DNA of 64,000 bases from Dehalococcoidia bacterium (lineage in GTDB: Bacteria; Chloroflexota; Dehalococcoidia; Plut-88900): contig CBDBLV010000005.1 in NCBI GenBank assembly GCA_965207225.1, forward strand, positions 1,888,001 to 1,952,000. The letters are read 5' to 3'. The notes beneath the pieces are model-generated. The model was not told where the DNA came from and did no database searches. It worked only from the letters and a program-made list of their open reading frames with translations. A program made the translations under genes and the position numbers. Shown here piece after piece: positions 56,471 to 64,000 of the stretch (its first letter is position 1; each line of letters opens with the position of its first letter).

Positions 56471-59044
56471 GTGAGATGTATCGTCCTCATTGGACTGCTA
56501 GCCATTCTTCTGTTCCTCGTGGCAGGTTGTGGCGATCGCTACTCTACCCCCTCGCCCAGCGCTACTCAAGAGCCAACGAACACCAGCACCTCGACGCCTG
56601 CCATCGGCGGCGCCAACGCGTCCCAGTCACTCAGCGACGATATAGAGTTGGCTGGAGAGACCACATGGACCCTCGAATCGTTAGACGGTCAACCAGTCCT
56701 AGAAACGTCTGTAATAACGCTGAGGATTGGTGACAACTGGATTGACGGTATTGACGGATGCAACTCCTACGGCGGGCGATCCGAGGAGCGTACGCCTGTC
56801 GCCGGTGCAGAGGGGGTGTTCTCAATACCACCCTTCGGAGTCACTGAGATGTTGTGCCCCGAGCCCGAGGGTGTCATGGATCAGGCCGATGCATATATGG
56901 AAGCCCTCGTGCAGGGGGAGAGGTTCCGCATCACTGATGACCGGCTGGAGATCCTCGACGGCGGCGGAGCGAGAAGACTGATTTTCGTCAGGCGGGCGCC
57001 GCTGCCCGGGAGTCCCATTGACCTGAAAGGCACTGCTTGGCGGCTCCTCATCGAGGGTGATGCGATGGATGGCGTTCGCGTACCGACCCTGAGCTTCTTG
57101 GATGATCGGTTGGTCACCGGAGCGACTGCCTGTCGCAGCTACGTTGCGACGGGCCAAGCGTCCGAAGGTGCTCTGAGGTTTCCAGGGAAGAGAATGTTAG
57201 GGTCCTCGCAATCATGGCAGTCGTGCGTAGAGCAAGAGCGGACTCTGGAGGGCGAGTTCACCGACTTTCTGACGTGGGCGAGGGAGTATTCGGTTGATGA
57301 GGAGGGAGGAGCAAGTCGCCTCAGAATCTGGAGCATCAGGGGCAAGACCCTGACCTTTGAGCCGCTGCCACAGGCCGAGGACATCTCCGACACGGATTGG
57401 TCCCTTACGGCGTTCGTCGAACTCATGCTCGACTCCGGGATGTGGCACCACCGGACTGCCGAGGTGATCCAGGGAACCAAGATTACGATAGATTTCGACG
57501 ACCACAGCATCAGCGGGTTCACGGGGTGCAACTCTTACAGGGGTCCGGCAATGTTCGAAAGCGGATCGGTCACGGTGGATCGACAGTCCTTCTACTCTAC
57601 GACGAAGCTATGCGAAGTGCCGGAGGGCCTGACAGAGCAGGAGAAGCGCTACCTCTCTCTAGTACAGCGGGCCACACGGTATGGCATCTCTGGCGACAGT
57701 CTGTTCATGCAGACGGATGACGACGTGCTCCTGTTGTTCCAGGCCGAGGAGATGGCGGAAACGCCTGTTCCGGCTGCGGCTCCAGAGGCCACACCAACCG
57801 CGATCCCGACTCCAGCGTCGGAGCCAAGCCCAGGGACCTTGTCGGCCAGAGACGTCCTAGACTCAATGACCGCTGCCATGTCGGCATTGGACTCCGGGTA
57901 TATCGAGATAGAGGTGACGACGAAGCTGTCGGCTGGGGACGGGTCGCAGCAGACCGTAACGATGGAGATAGTAGGTGACTTCCAAGCCCCTGATCGAAGC
58001 CGGGTCAACATGAGCATCGACACCGACGACGACAGCGCGGAGTTTGAGATAATCACCATTGAGGACAAGACGTACCTGAAGCTGCCCGATTTCGACAGGT
58101 GGGCTATCAGCACCGGTTCCATCACTCCGTACGGCGATCTGTTCTCATTCGGCGCGTTCAGCACGGACTTCGACGCCGGGGTAGTCGCGTCCTTCAACTC
58201 GCCGATACGGGAGGTTTTTGTGGGTGAGAGTGTCCACTACGTGAGGGGGCCGGTATCGGGGTATGCCCTGGCCGACCTGCTTGGCATGGTCGAAGATACC
58301 GATGGCGAAGACGTGGCCGAATTTGGCGAGGGCGTGGTCGAATTCCGGATTGGAGTCGATGACTTCCTGGTCCGGAAGATGGTGATCGAGGCCGAACTGC
58401 CAGACGAGGAAGGCACGCTAAGTATGCAGGTCAACATGACGCTGTCCGATTTCGGCAAGCCTGTTGATATCCAGGTGCCCGATCCAGAGACGGGTGCCGA
58501 CCAGCCGGGCGATCAGACTGGGGCAACCACGGAGGTTCTGGAGAACGGCTGGATCAGAGTTGACTTGGCCCAGCAGGGTTTCGGGTTCGCCATTTCGGTC
58601 CCGCCATTGTGGGAGTTGGACACGACGAAGGATGAGTGGGGCAACCTGCGAAGCGGCCTCTGGCTCCAAGGCAAGGACACGTCGGGGCCGGACTCCGAGG
58701 GTCTCCGTTTGCATTTCGTACTACAGATCGACTTGTTGTTCTCTGCGTACGCCGACTTGGAGGAGTACACGGATATCTACATAGCAAACACCGCCTTCTT
58801 CGCGGACATTGATGAGCTGGACATCGAGAGCGAGAAGGTCAGCTTGCCAGCAGGAGACGCTTTCGTTCAGAGCTTCTCAAACATCTCACCGACACGCGGC
58901 ATCCGGCTATCGCACGCTCAATACATCCTGGCGTATGGCGAAGACGCCTTCATCATCACCTTCACTTCGCCGTCGGAAATCTTCGATGAAGTGAGGCAGG
59001 TCCTTGAGCAGATCGCCGAGACGATAGAGTTATACGACCCATAA
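56471..59044 (+). CDS. Multi-domain lipoprotein: three META (HslJ-like) domains, LppX/LprAFG-like and PsbP-like regions
   Basis: Lipobox VAGC; W.L....G..GCNSY.G...T...C repeated three times. Confidence 0.8.
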   Translation: MRCIVLIGLLAILLFLVAGCGDRYSTPSPSATQEPTNTSTSTPAIGGANASQSLSDDIELAGETTWTLESLDGQPVLETSVITLRIGDNWIDGIDGCNSYGGRSEERTPVAGAEGVFSIPPFGVTEMLCPEPEGVMDQADAYMEALVQGERFRITDDRLEILDGGGARRLIFVRRAPLPGSPIDLKGTAWRLLIEGDAMDGVRVPTLSFLDDRLVTGATACRSYVATGQASEGALRFPGKRMLGSSQSWQSCVEQERTLEGEFTDFLTWAREYSVDEEGGASRLRIWSIRGKTLTFEPLPQAEDISDTDWSLTAFVELMLDSGMWHHRTAEVIQGTKITIDFDDHSISGFTGCNSYRGPAMFESGSVTVDRQSFYSTTKLCEVPEGLTEQEKRYLSLVQRATRYGISGDSLFMQTDDDVLLLFQAEEMAETPVPAAAPEATPTAIPTPASEPSPGTLSARDVLDSMTAAMSALDSGYIEIEVTTKLSAGDGSQQTVTMEIVGDFQAPDRSRVNMSIDTDDDSAEFEIITIEDKTYLKLPDFDRWAISTGSITPYGDLFSFGAFSTDFDAGVVASFNSPIREVFVGESVHYVRGPVSGYALADLLGMVEDTDGEDVAEFGEGVVEFRIGVDDFLVRKMVIEAELPDEEGTLSMQVNMTLSDFGKPVDIQVPDPETGADQPGDQTGATTEVLENGWIRVDLAQQGFGFAISVPPLWELDTTKDEWGNLRSGLWLQGKDTSGPDSEGLRLHFVLQIDLLFSAYADLEEYTDIYIANTAFFADIDELDIESEKVSLPAGDAFVQSFSNISPTRGIRLSHAQYILAYGEDAFIITFTSPSEIFDEVRQVLEQIAETIELYDP

Positions 59045-59061
59045 AGTGAGCTACCGCCTAA

Positions 59062-59098
59062 AACCTTCACAATTTTCTTCAAGCTGGAGGTGTAGCCG
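59062..59098 (+). repeat. 37-bp direct repeat, copy 2
   Basis: See 56409-56445. Confidence 0.9.
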
Positions 59099-59129
59099 CA
59101 GCACCTATAGAGCCCAGTGGAGGCTGAGA

Positions 59130-60323
59130 GTGACCGTCGGTGCCCATCTTCGTCAGCAGCGCTTTCGTAGCAGGGGCTGGCATACTGTATTCGCGACTGT
59201 GCTCCTAGCTGTCCTGGTACCCGTTGTCCTGGTGGCGTGTACAGATGAATCACTACCGCCGCGAACTCAGCCTCCGGAAGCCAGTCCCACTGCGACGACG
59301 AAGGAGACCGGGGTCTTGGTGCTGCTACCCGGCGAGGGCCCGAGTCCGACCGACATTGCGTGTCTGATGCAGGAGTTGGAGGGTACATCCTCCGGTGAAC
59401 GCATCGTCGCTGTCTTATCGGCCACCGACGCCTCTGGGAAGAGGCTAACGATGGAGGAGAGTGAAGCCCTAGCTCGGGCAGCGGAAGGCTGTGGCATCGA
59501 AATAGAGTTTGTCCTTACGAGACCGGAATCGACTGCTGCGCCATCCACTACGCCGACTCCCACGGCCATTCCTGCACCCGTACCCACAGTCACGCCCAAG
59601 AGCGCCCGCGATTTGCCGACGCTCACGCCCTTCCCTCAGACCACTAGCTCGGATGAATGGCGTGGCCTTGTGGTCGCCCCGGAGGACCGCTGCTCCCCGT
59701 ACGACTCCGACGACTACCCTTATTCGCAGTCCGTCGAGCGTCGTATCGTCGCCAGCATGGGCGGCATCATCTACGGCCCCTATACGGGAATGTGGTTCGA
59801 TAGCACATCCGAGACTGACATTGAGCACATCGTCGCTCGCTCCGAGGCCCACGACAGCGGCCTCTGCGCTGCGAACGCCGCAACGAGACGACAGTTTGCC
59901 GCCGACCCTATCAACCTCACCCTGGCAAGCCCCTCGGTCAATCGCCACCAGAAGAGCGCCAAGGACGCCGCCGAATGGGTACCCGATCTGAATCAGTGCT
60001 GGTTCGCTGATCGCGTCGTCGAGGTTCGGAAGAGGTATGGCCTGACCATCGACGAACGCGAACGCGACGCACTGGAGAACATCTTGTCGGATTGCACGTC
60101 CGCGGAAATGATTGTGCGAGAAGCTCCCTTGGCCCCTACGCCGACTGCCGTTGCGCAAGGAAACGAAGCAGCCAACAACGCCCTTGAGATGTATGACGAC
60201 AACGGGAACGGTCACATCACCTGCGCAGAGGCGCGCAACCACGGCATTGCTCCTGTGCGCCGTGGACATCCCGCATATGAGTACATGAACGACGCCGACA
60301 ACGACGGCGTGGTCTGCGAGTGA
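59130..60323 (+). CDS. Lipoprotein HNH/DUF1524-like nuclease with C-terminal Excalibur/EF-hand Ca-binding motif
   Basis: Lipobox LVAC; DIEHIV..SEAHDSG...NL......N..K; DDNGNG.ITC...D.DNDGVVCE; GGAGG before GTG 59130. Confidence 0.8.
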   Translation: MTVGAHLRQQRFRSRGWHTVFATVLLAVLVPVVLVACTDESLPPRTQPPEASPTATTKETGVLVLLPGEGPSPTDIACLMQELEGTSSGERIVAVLSATDASGKRLTMEESEALARAAEGCGIEIEFVLTRPESTAAPSTTPTPTAIPAPVPTVTPKSARDLPTLTPFPQTTSSDEWRGLVVAPEDRCSPYDSDDYPYSQSVERRIVASMGGIIYGPYTGMWFDSTSETDIEHIVARSEAHDSGLCAANAATRRQFAADPINLTLASPSVNRHQKSAKDAAEWVPDLNQCWFADRVVEVRKRYGLTIDERERDALENILSDCTSAEMIVREAPLAPTPTAVAQGNEAANNALEMYDDNGNGHITCAEARNHGIAPVRRGHPAYEYMNDADNDGVVCE

Positions 60324-60406
60324 TGAGGCGGCTCCCGGTCCGATAGCAGCGAAGCTCAGAGGCGCGAGAGAGCGCCCGCGGACGACCTGAGCGAGACCCC
60401 CAAGTA

Positions 60407-60445
60407 TTGACTTAGGACGGCTTAGTGTGTAACCATGCTACACAC
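60407..60445 (+). promoter_or_regulatory. TA promoter and operator
   Basis: TTGACT; inverted repeat GTGTGTA-N7-TACACAC. Confidence 0.6.
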
Positions 60446-60470
60446 CCACTTTGGTCAATAGGAGGGCGAT

Positions 60471-60746
60471 ATGGCCAGGGTTCAATTGGTGATGCCGGAC
60501 GCCGACCGAGACCGTTTCGTCGATCAGGCGCGGCGCGAGGGAATGTCACTCAGTGCATGGATGCGGGCAGCCGCACGAGAACGCCTCGAAACACGCCAGC
60601 AGGTCAAGCTGTTCGAATCTCCTGAAGACGTTAGGGAGTTCTTCCGGTCCCGCGCAGCGCTGGACGGTCCGGAGACAGAGCCGGACTGGAGCGAACACCT
60701 GCGAGTGATGAACGAGTCGCGGGCGGCAGGGGTCACCGGCACATGA
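60471..60746 (+). CDS. RHH-type antitoxin (VapB-like)
   Basis: ARVQLVM...ARREGMSLSAWMRAA; ATGA overlap with the PIN gene. Confidence 0.8.
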   Translation: MARVQLVMPDADRDRFVDQARREGMSLSAWMRAAARERLETRQQVKLFESPEDVREFFRSRAALDGPETEPDWSEHLRVMNESRAAGVTGT

Positions 60747-61138
60747 TCTTCGTAGACACGAACGTCTTCATGTACGCAGTGGGACAGCCCCACGCACTCC
60801 AGACGCCCGCCCAGGACTTCTTCGTCGAAGCCAACCTGAGCGGCACGCCGCTGTGCACGTCAGCGGAGGTGATGCAGGAACTAGCCCATGTTTATCTGCC
60901 CACGGGAAGGCTGCAATCCTTTGATGCGACGCTGGAACTGATGGCGAGCGCGGCCGTTGAAGTTTGGCCGCTGGAAGAGGATGACGTAGCTCTGGCCCGC
61001 CAACTACACGAGCAGCACCCCACCTTACAGGCCCGGGATCTCTGCCATCTAGCAAGTTGCCGACGGCGCGGCGTCAGGGACATCAAGACCTTTGACCAAA
61101 CATTCGCCGCTGTATTGGGCCATCCCTCAATCCAATAG
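60743..61138 (+). CDS. vapC: PIN-domain toxin
   Basis: IFVDTNVFMY, EVMQE, ARDLCH, TFD. Confidence 0.9.
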   Translation: MIFVDTNVFMYAVGQPHALQTPAQDFFVEANLSGTPLCTSAEVMQELAHVYLPTGRLQSFDATLELMASAAVEVWPLEEDDVALARQLHEQHPTLQARDLCHLASCRRRGVRDIKTFDQTFAAVLGHPSIQ

Positions 61139-61179
61139 AGGCCGAGCAGCTGGGTAGGCCGCAGGCTGGTTGATTCAAC

Positions 61180-64000
61180 ATGCCTAGACAGACAGAACCG
61201 AACGCCAACAACGCCCTGGGCGACATTCTGCGAGGTATGATGCCGGGCTGCGAAGTCCGCTCTGAAAACACCCAGACCTTCATCGACTATCCGGGCCGCC
61301 ATGCCGATGTGCTGATCGTCGCGCCGGGCCGCTCCCCGGTGGTGGTCGAGGCCGAGTTTGAACCGGCTGCTGAAGTAGAGAAGGACGCCTCCGAACGATT
61401 GGGGCTTCGCGTGGAGGGGCAACCTCGAACGGTCGAGGCGGCCATAGCGGTGCGCTACCCACAGGTTGTGGAGGACGCCTACGACGTGCGCCAGGTCCTC
61501 TCCGAAACCCGTCTCTCCTACTATGTCCTGCACCAGGACGGCCCTCGCTTCCCCGAATCGGGCTGGCTGGAAGGTTCAGTGACCGACTTGGCAGACCTTG
61601 CTCGTCTGGTGTCCGTCCCGCAGAAGGCGGTTGAACAGGCGGCTGACACGCTTGAGCACGGCATCGGGCAGGCAGCCACCCGTTTGGAGGAAATGGCGAA
61701 GCTGCGCCCTAACGTCACCCCTGTTATCGCCCGCCTATTGGGAATGAGCGACGTTCCCCAGACCCGCCGCATGGCCTGCGCCATTATCGCCAACGCCATG
61801 GTCTTCCATCAGCGCATCGCGGGGATACACGAGGGTGTGAAACCTCTGCGCTTGGTGTGCGGTCCCAGCGTCGCAAACCCGCAGGGCGAAACGCTTACAG
61901 CCTGGGAAGATATCCTGAGGATCAACTACTGGCCCATCTTCGCCATCGCCAAGGACATCTTGGAGCAGCTTCCCGGAGACGCCGCCACCAACATCCTGCG
62001 GGAGTTGTTGGAGACTTCCCAGGAAGTTGAAGCCACCGGCGTCGACAACGCCCACGACCTGACCGGACGCATCTTCCAACGGCTGATCGCCGACCGGAAG
62101 TATCTGGCCACCTTCTACACGCTTCCAGCTTCGGCCGCGCTGCTGGCCCGGCTGGCAGTGGCCAAGATGGATGGAGTGGACTGGGCCAACGCCGAGGCCA
62201 TTGGCAGGCTGCGGATCGGGGATTTCGCCTGCGGTACCGGTGCCCTGCTTTCGGCGGTGTACGAGCAAGTTGCTTCCCGCCACGAGCGTGCCGGGGGTGA
62301 TTCCGCAGCCCTGCATCCAGTGATGATAGAGGAGGTCCTGTACGGCTGCGACGTCATGCCCTCGGCAATTCACATCACCGGCTCCACCCTGTCCGGTATG
62401 CGGCCCAACGTGGGATTCAAACAGTCCCGTCTCTACACCATGCCCTACGGAAGACAGAAAGACAGCACGGTGAAGATAGGTTCCTTGGAGTTACTCCAAG
62501 CCTCCACAGCCCTCACCTTGTTCAATACCAGCGACCCCGCCCTGCGCACCGGCAGCGCGGGCGAGGAGACTGCCGCTCAGATCAACGTGGACATCCCGGA
62601 CGCGAACTTTGACTTGGTGATAATGAATCCACCCTTCACAAGGGCAACCAACCACGAAGGCGCCCACGCGGATATCACAAACCCCGCCTTCGCCGCTTTC
62701 GATGCCACGCCTGCCGACCAAACAAAGATGGGAGACCGGATCAATCAGTTAGGGAAGGAATCCTGCTATCACGGCAACGCTGGAATTGCTTCAGCATTCG
62801 CTGCTCTGGCCGACAAGAAGCTCAAGGCCGGTGGAGTCCTTGCCCTGGTCTTGCCCCTGTCCGTGGCGAACGGCCTGTCGTGGAAGGGTCTTCGAGCAAT
62901 GCTTGCCAGCGATTATACGGATGTAACAGTCCTCAGCATCGCTGAGAATGGCCGTGAAATGTCGTTCTCGTCCGATACCGGGATGGCAGAGTGTCTGGTA
63001 GTTGCCCGCAAGGTTAGGCCAGATGAAACACCTGACCCCAGGGCGAGCTTCTCGTCCTTCGGTGGCAGGCCGCGGGGGTTTGCCCACTCCAGTTCGTTGT
63101 CGAGCAGCCTACGGAATGGTCGCAAAGTGAGGCGACTAGAGGACGGGCCGTATAGTGGAACGCTGCTGATGGTCGGTAATGAACAGGCTGGCGAGTCCGT
63201 AACTGCTCCGATAGGCAAGAATGGAGCGGGTTGGAGCGCGGTGCGCCTAGCCGACTATTCTCTAGCACAGACCGCTTATGCCCTGTCTCAGTCCCAGATC
63301 TGGCTGCCCGGGAGCCCATCCCAGGTTGAGTTGAAGATGGCCTTGCTGAGCAACATCGGCAAACTCGGTTTGGTACATCGCGACATTACTGGACCGGCTC
63401 CTCGCGGCCCCTTCGACAAGGTTGCTCCAAGCCCTACAGCCACCTATCCTGCCCTATGGAACCACGATGCGAAGCAGGAAACTCGCATGGTCTGTCTTCC
63501 AGATTCCCAGCTACTGGCCAGAGTGGGGATGGAAGACAAGGCGGCTGATGTCTGGGCTACAGCCGGACGCGCTCACTTGAACCTTGACTTCACCTTTGGC
63601 TCCCAGGCTCTGACTGTCGCGTTCACGGAGAGGGAATCCATCGGTGGGAGGGTATGGCCAAATGTTATCTTCCCCGACAGTAGATTCGATAGTGCTTATA
63701 CGATATGGGGCAACTCCACGTTGGGGCTCCTATCGTACTGGTGGCACTCCAACCGCCAGCAATCGAGCAAGGCTGGCATGACTATCCGTCAGGCCGAGTC
63801 ACTAGCTGTGCTCGACCTCCGCGCTCTCACCGACGAGCAATTGCTCATGGCTGAAATGATCTTCGACGAGTTCCGGGACAAGGAGTTGAAGCCCGCCTAC
63901 CTCGCGGACGCTGACCCTAATCGAGCCCTGCTCGACCACCGTGTGGTCTGCGACCTGCTTGGCTTCGACGAGGATGTGTACGAGGGAGTTCGGAGGCTGT
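61180..64000 (+). CDS. Type IIG/IIL fused restriction-modification enzyme, truncated by the window end (absent from the ORF track)
   Basis: Manual translation MPRQTEPNANN..HADVL..VVEAE; FYT, DFACGTG (62221) and MNPPF (62623) in frame. Confidence 0.88.
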   Translation, partial: MPRQTEPNANNALGDILRGMMPGCEVRSENTQTFIDYPGRHADVLIVAPGRSPVVVEAEFEPAAEVEKDASERLGLRVEGQPRTVEAAIAVRYPQVVEDAYDVRQVLSETRLSYYVLHQDGPRFPESGWLEGSVTDLADLARLVSVPQKAVEQAADTLEHGIGQAATRLEEMAKLRPNVTPVIARLLGMSDVPQTRRMACAIIANAMVFHQRIAGIHEGVKPLRLVCGPSVANPQGETLTAWEDILRINYWPIFAIAKDILEQLPGDAATNILRELLETSQEVEATGVDNAHDLTGRIFQRLIADRKYLATFYTLPASAALLARLAVAKMDGVDWANAEAIGRLRIGDFACGTGALLSAVYEQVASRHERAGGDSAALHPVMIEEVLYGCDVMPSAIHITGSTLSGMRPNVGFKQSRLYTMPYGRQKDSTVKIGSLELLQASTALTLFNTSDPALRTGSAGEETAAQINVDIPDANFDLVIMNPPFTRATNHEGAHADITNPAFAAFDATPADQTKMGDRINQLGKESCYHGNAGIASAFAALADKKLKAGGVLALVLPLSVANGLSWKGLRAMLASDYTDVTVLSIAENGREMSFSSDTGMAECLVVARKVRPDETPDPRASFSSFGGRPRGFAHSSSLSSSLRNGRKVRRLEDGPYSGTLLMVGNEQAGESVTAPIGKNGAGWSAVRLADYSLAQTAYALSQSQIWLPGSPSQVELKMALLSNIGKLGLVHRDITGPAPRGPFDKVAPSPTATYPALWNHDAKQETRMVCLPDSQLLARVGMEDKAADVWATAGRAHLNLDFTFGSQALTVAFTERESIGGRVWPNVIFPDSRFDSAYTIWGNSTLGLLSYWWHSNRQQSSKAGMTIRQAESLAVLDLRALTDEQLLMAEMIFDEFRDKELKPAYLADADPNRALLDHRVVCDLLGFDEDVYEGVRRL

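Noticed and set aside
60395-60403. GACCCCCAA as a further degenerate att core
   Set aside because: 6/9 match only, with no arm motif or 37-bp repeat in register.
61280-63319. Short minus-strand ORFs at the window end
   Set aside because: Shadows of the plus-strand R-M gene starting at 61180.

Overview
GC-rich bacterial window, by gene content probably Chloroflexota (Dehalococcoidia/SAR202-like, possibly sponge-associated; this is inference only). Positions 1-23.9 kb are core and metabolic genes: rpsR, hom, thrC, folE, an mshA/mshD/PIG-L mycothiol-like set, a repeat-rich intergenic stretch, four amidohydrolases, two ureohydrolases, an animal-PTER-like hydrolase, a tandem CoA-transferase III and SulP. 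A tRNA-Ile2(CAT) at 23928-24002 is the entry point of a tandem array of integrative elements. Its 3' 9-mer GGCCCACCA recurs at 37893 and 56383, delimiting island 1 (~13.9 kb) and island 2 (~18.5 kb). Island 1 carries a large serine recombinase, a sugar-binding lipoprotein, RHH, Uma2 and a 2516-aa adhesin. Island 2 carries a serine recombinase, a P-loop GTPase, a replication-relaxation protein, an HTH+ImmA-regulated ubiquitin-like Ubl/E2/JAB-E1 operon, and a type III R-M system whose Mod is fused to an antitoxin-like tail and followed by a PIN toxin. The att core lies inside the 3' end of each integrase gene, so integration swaps integrase C-terminal tails. Downstream are two lipoprotein genes, each preceded by an att/integrase-end relic, then a vapBC pair and a type IIG R-M gene that runs off the window.
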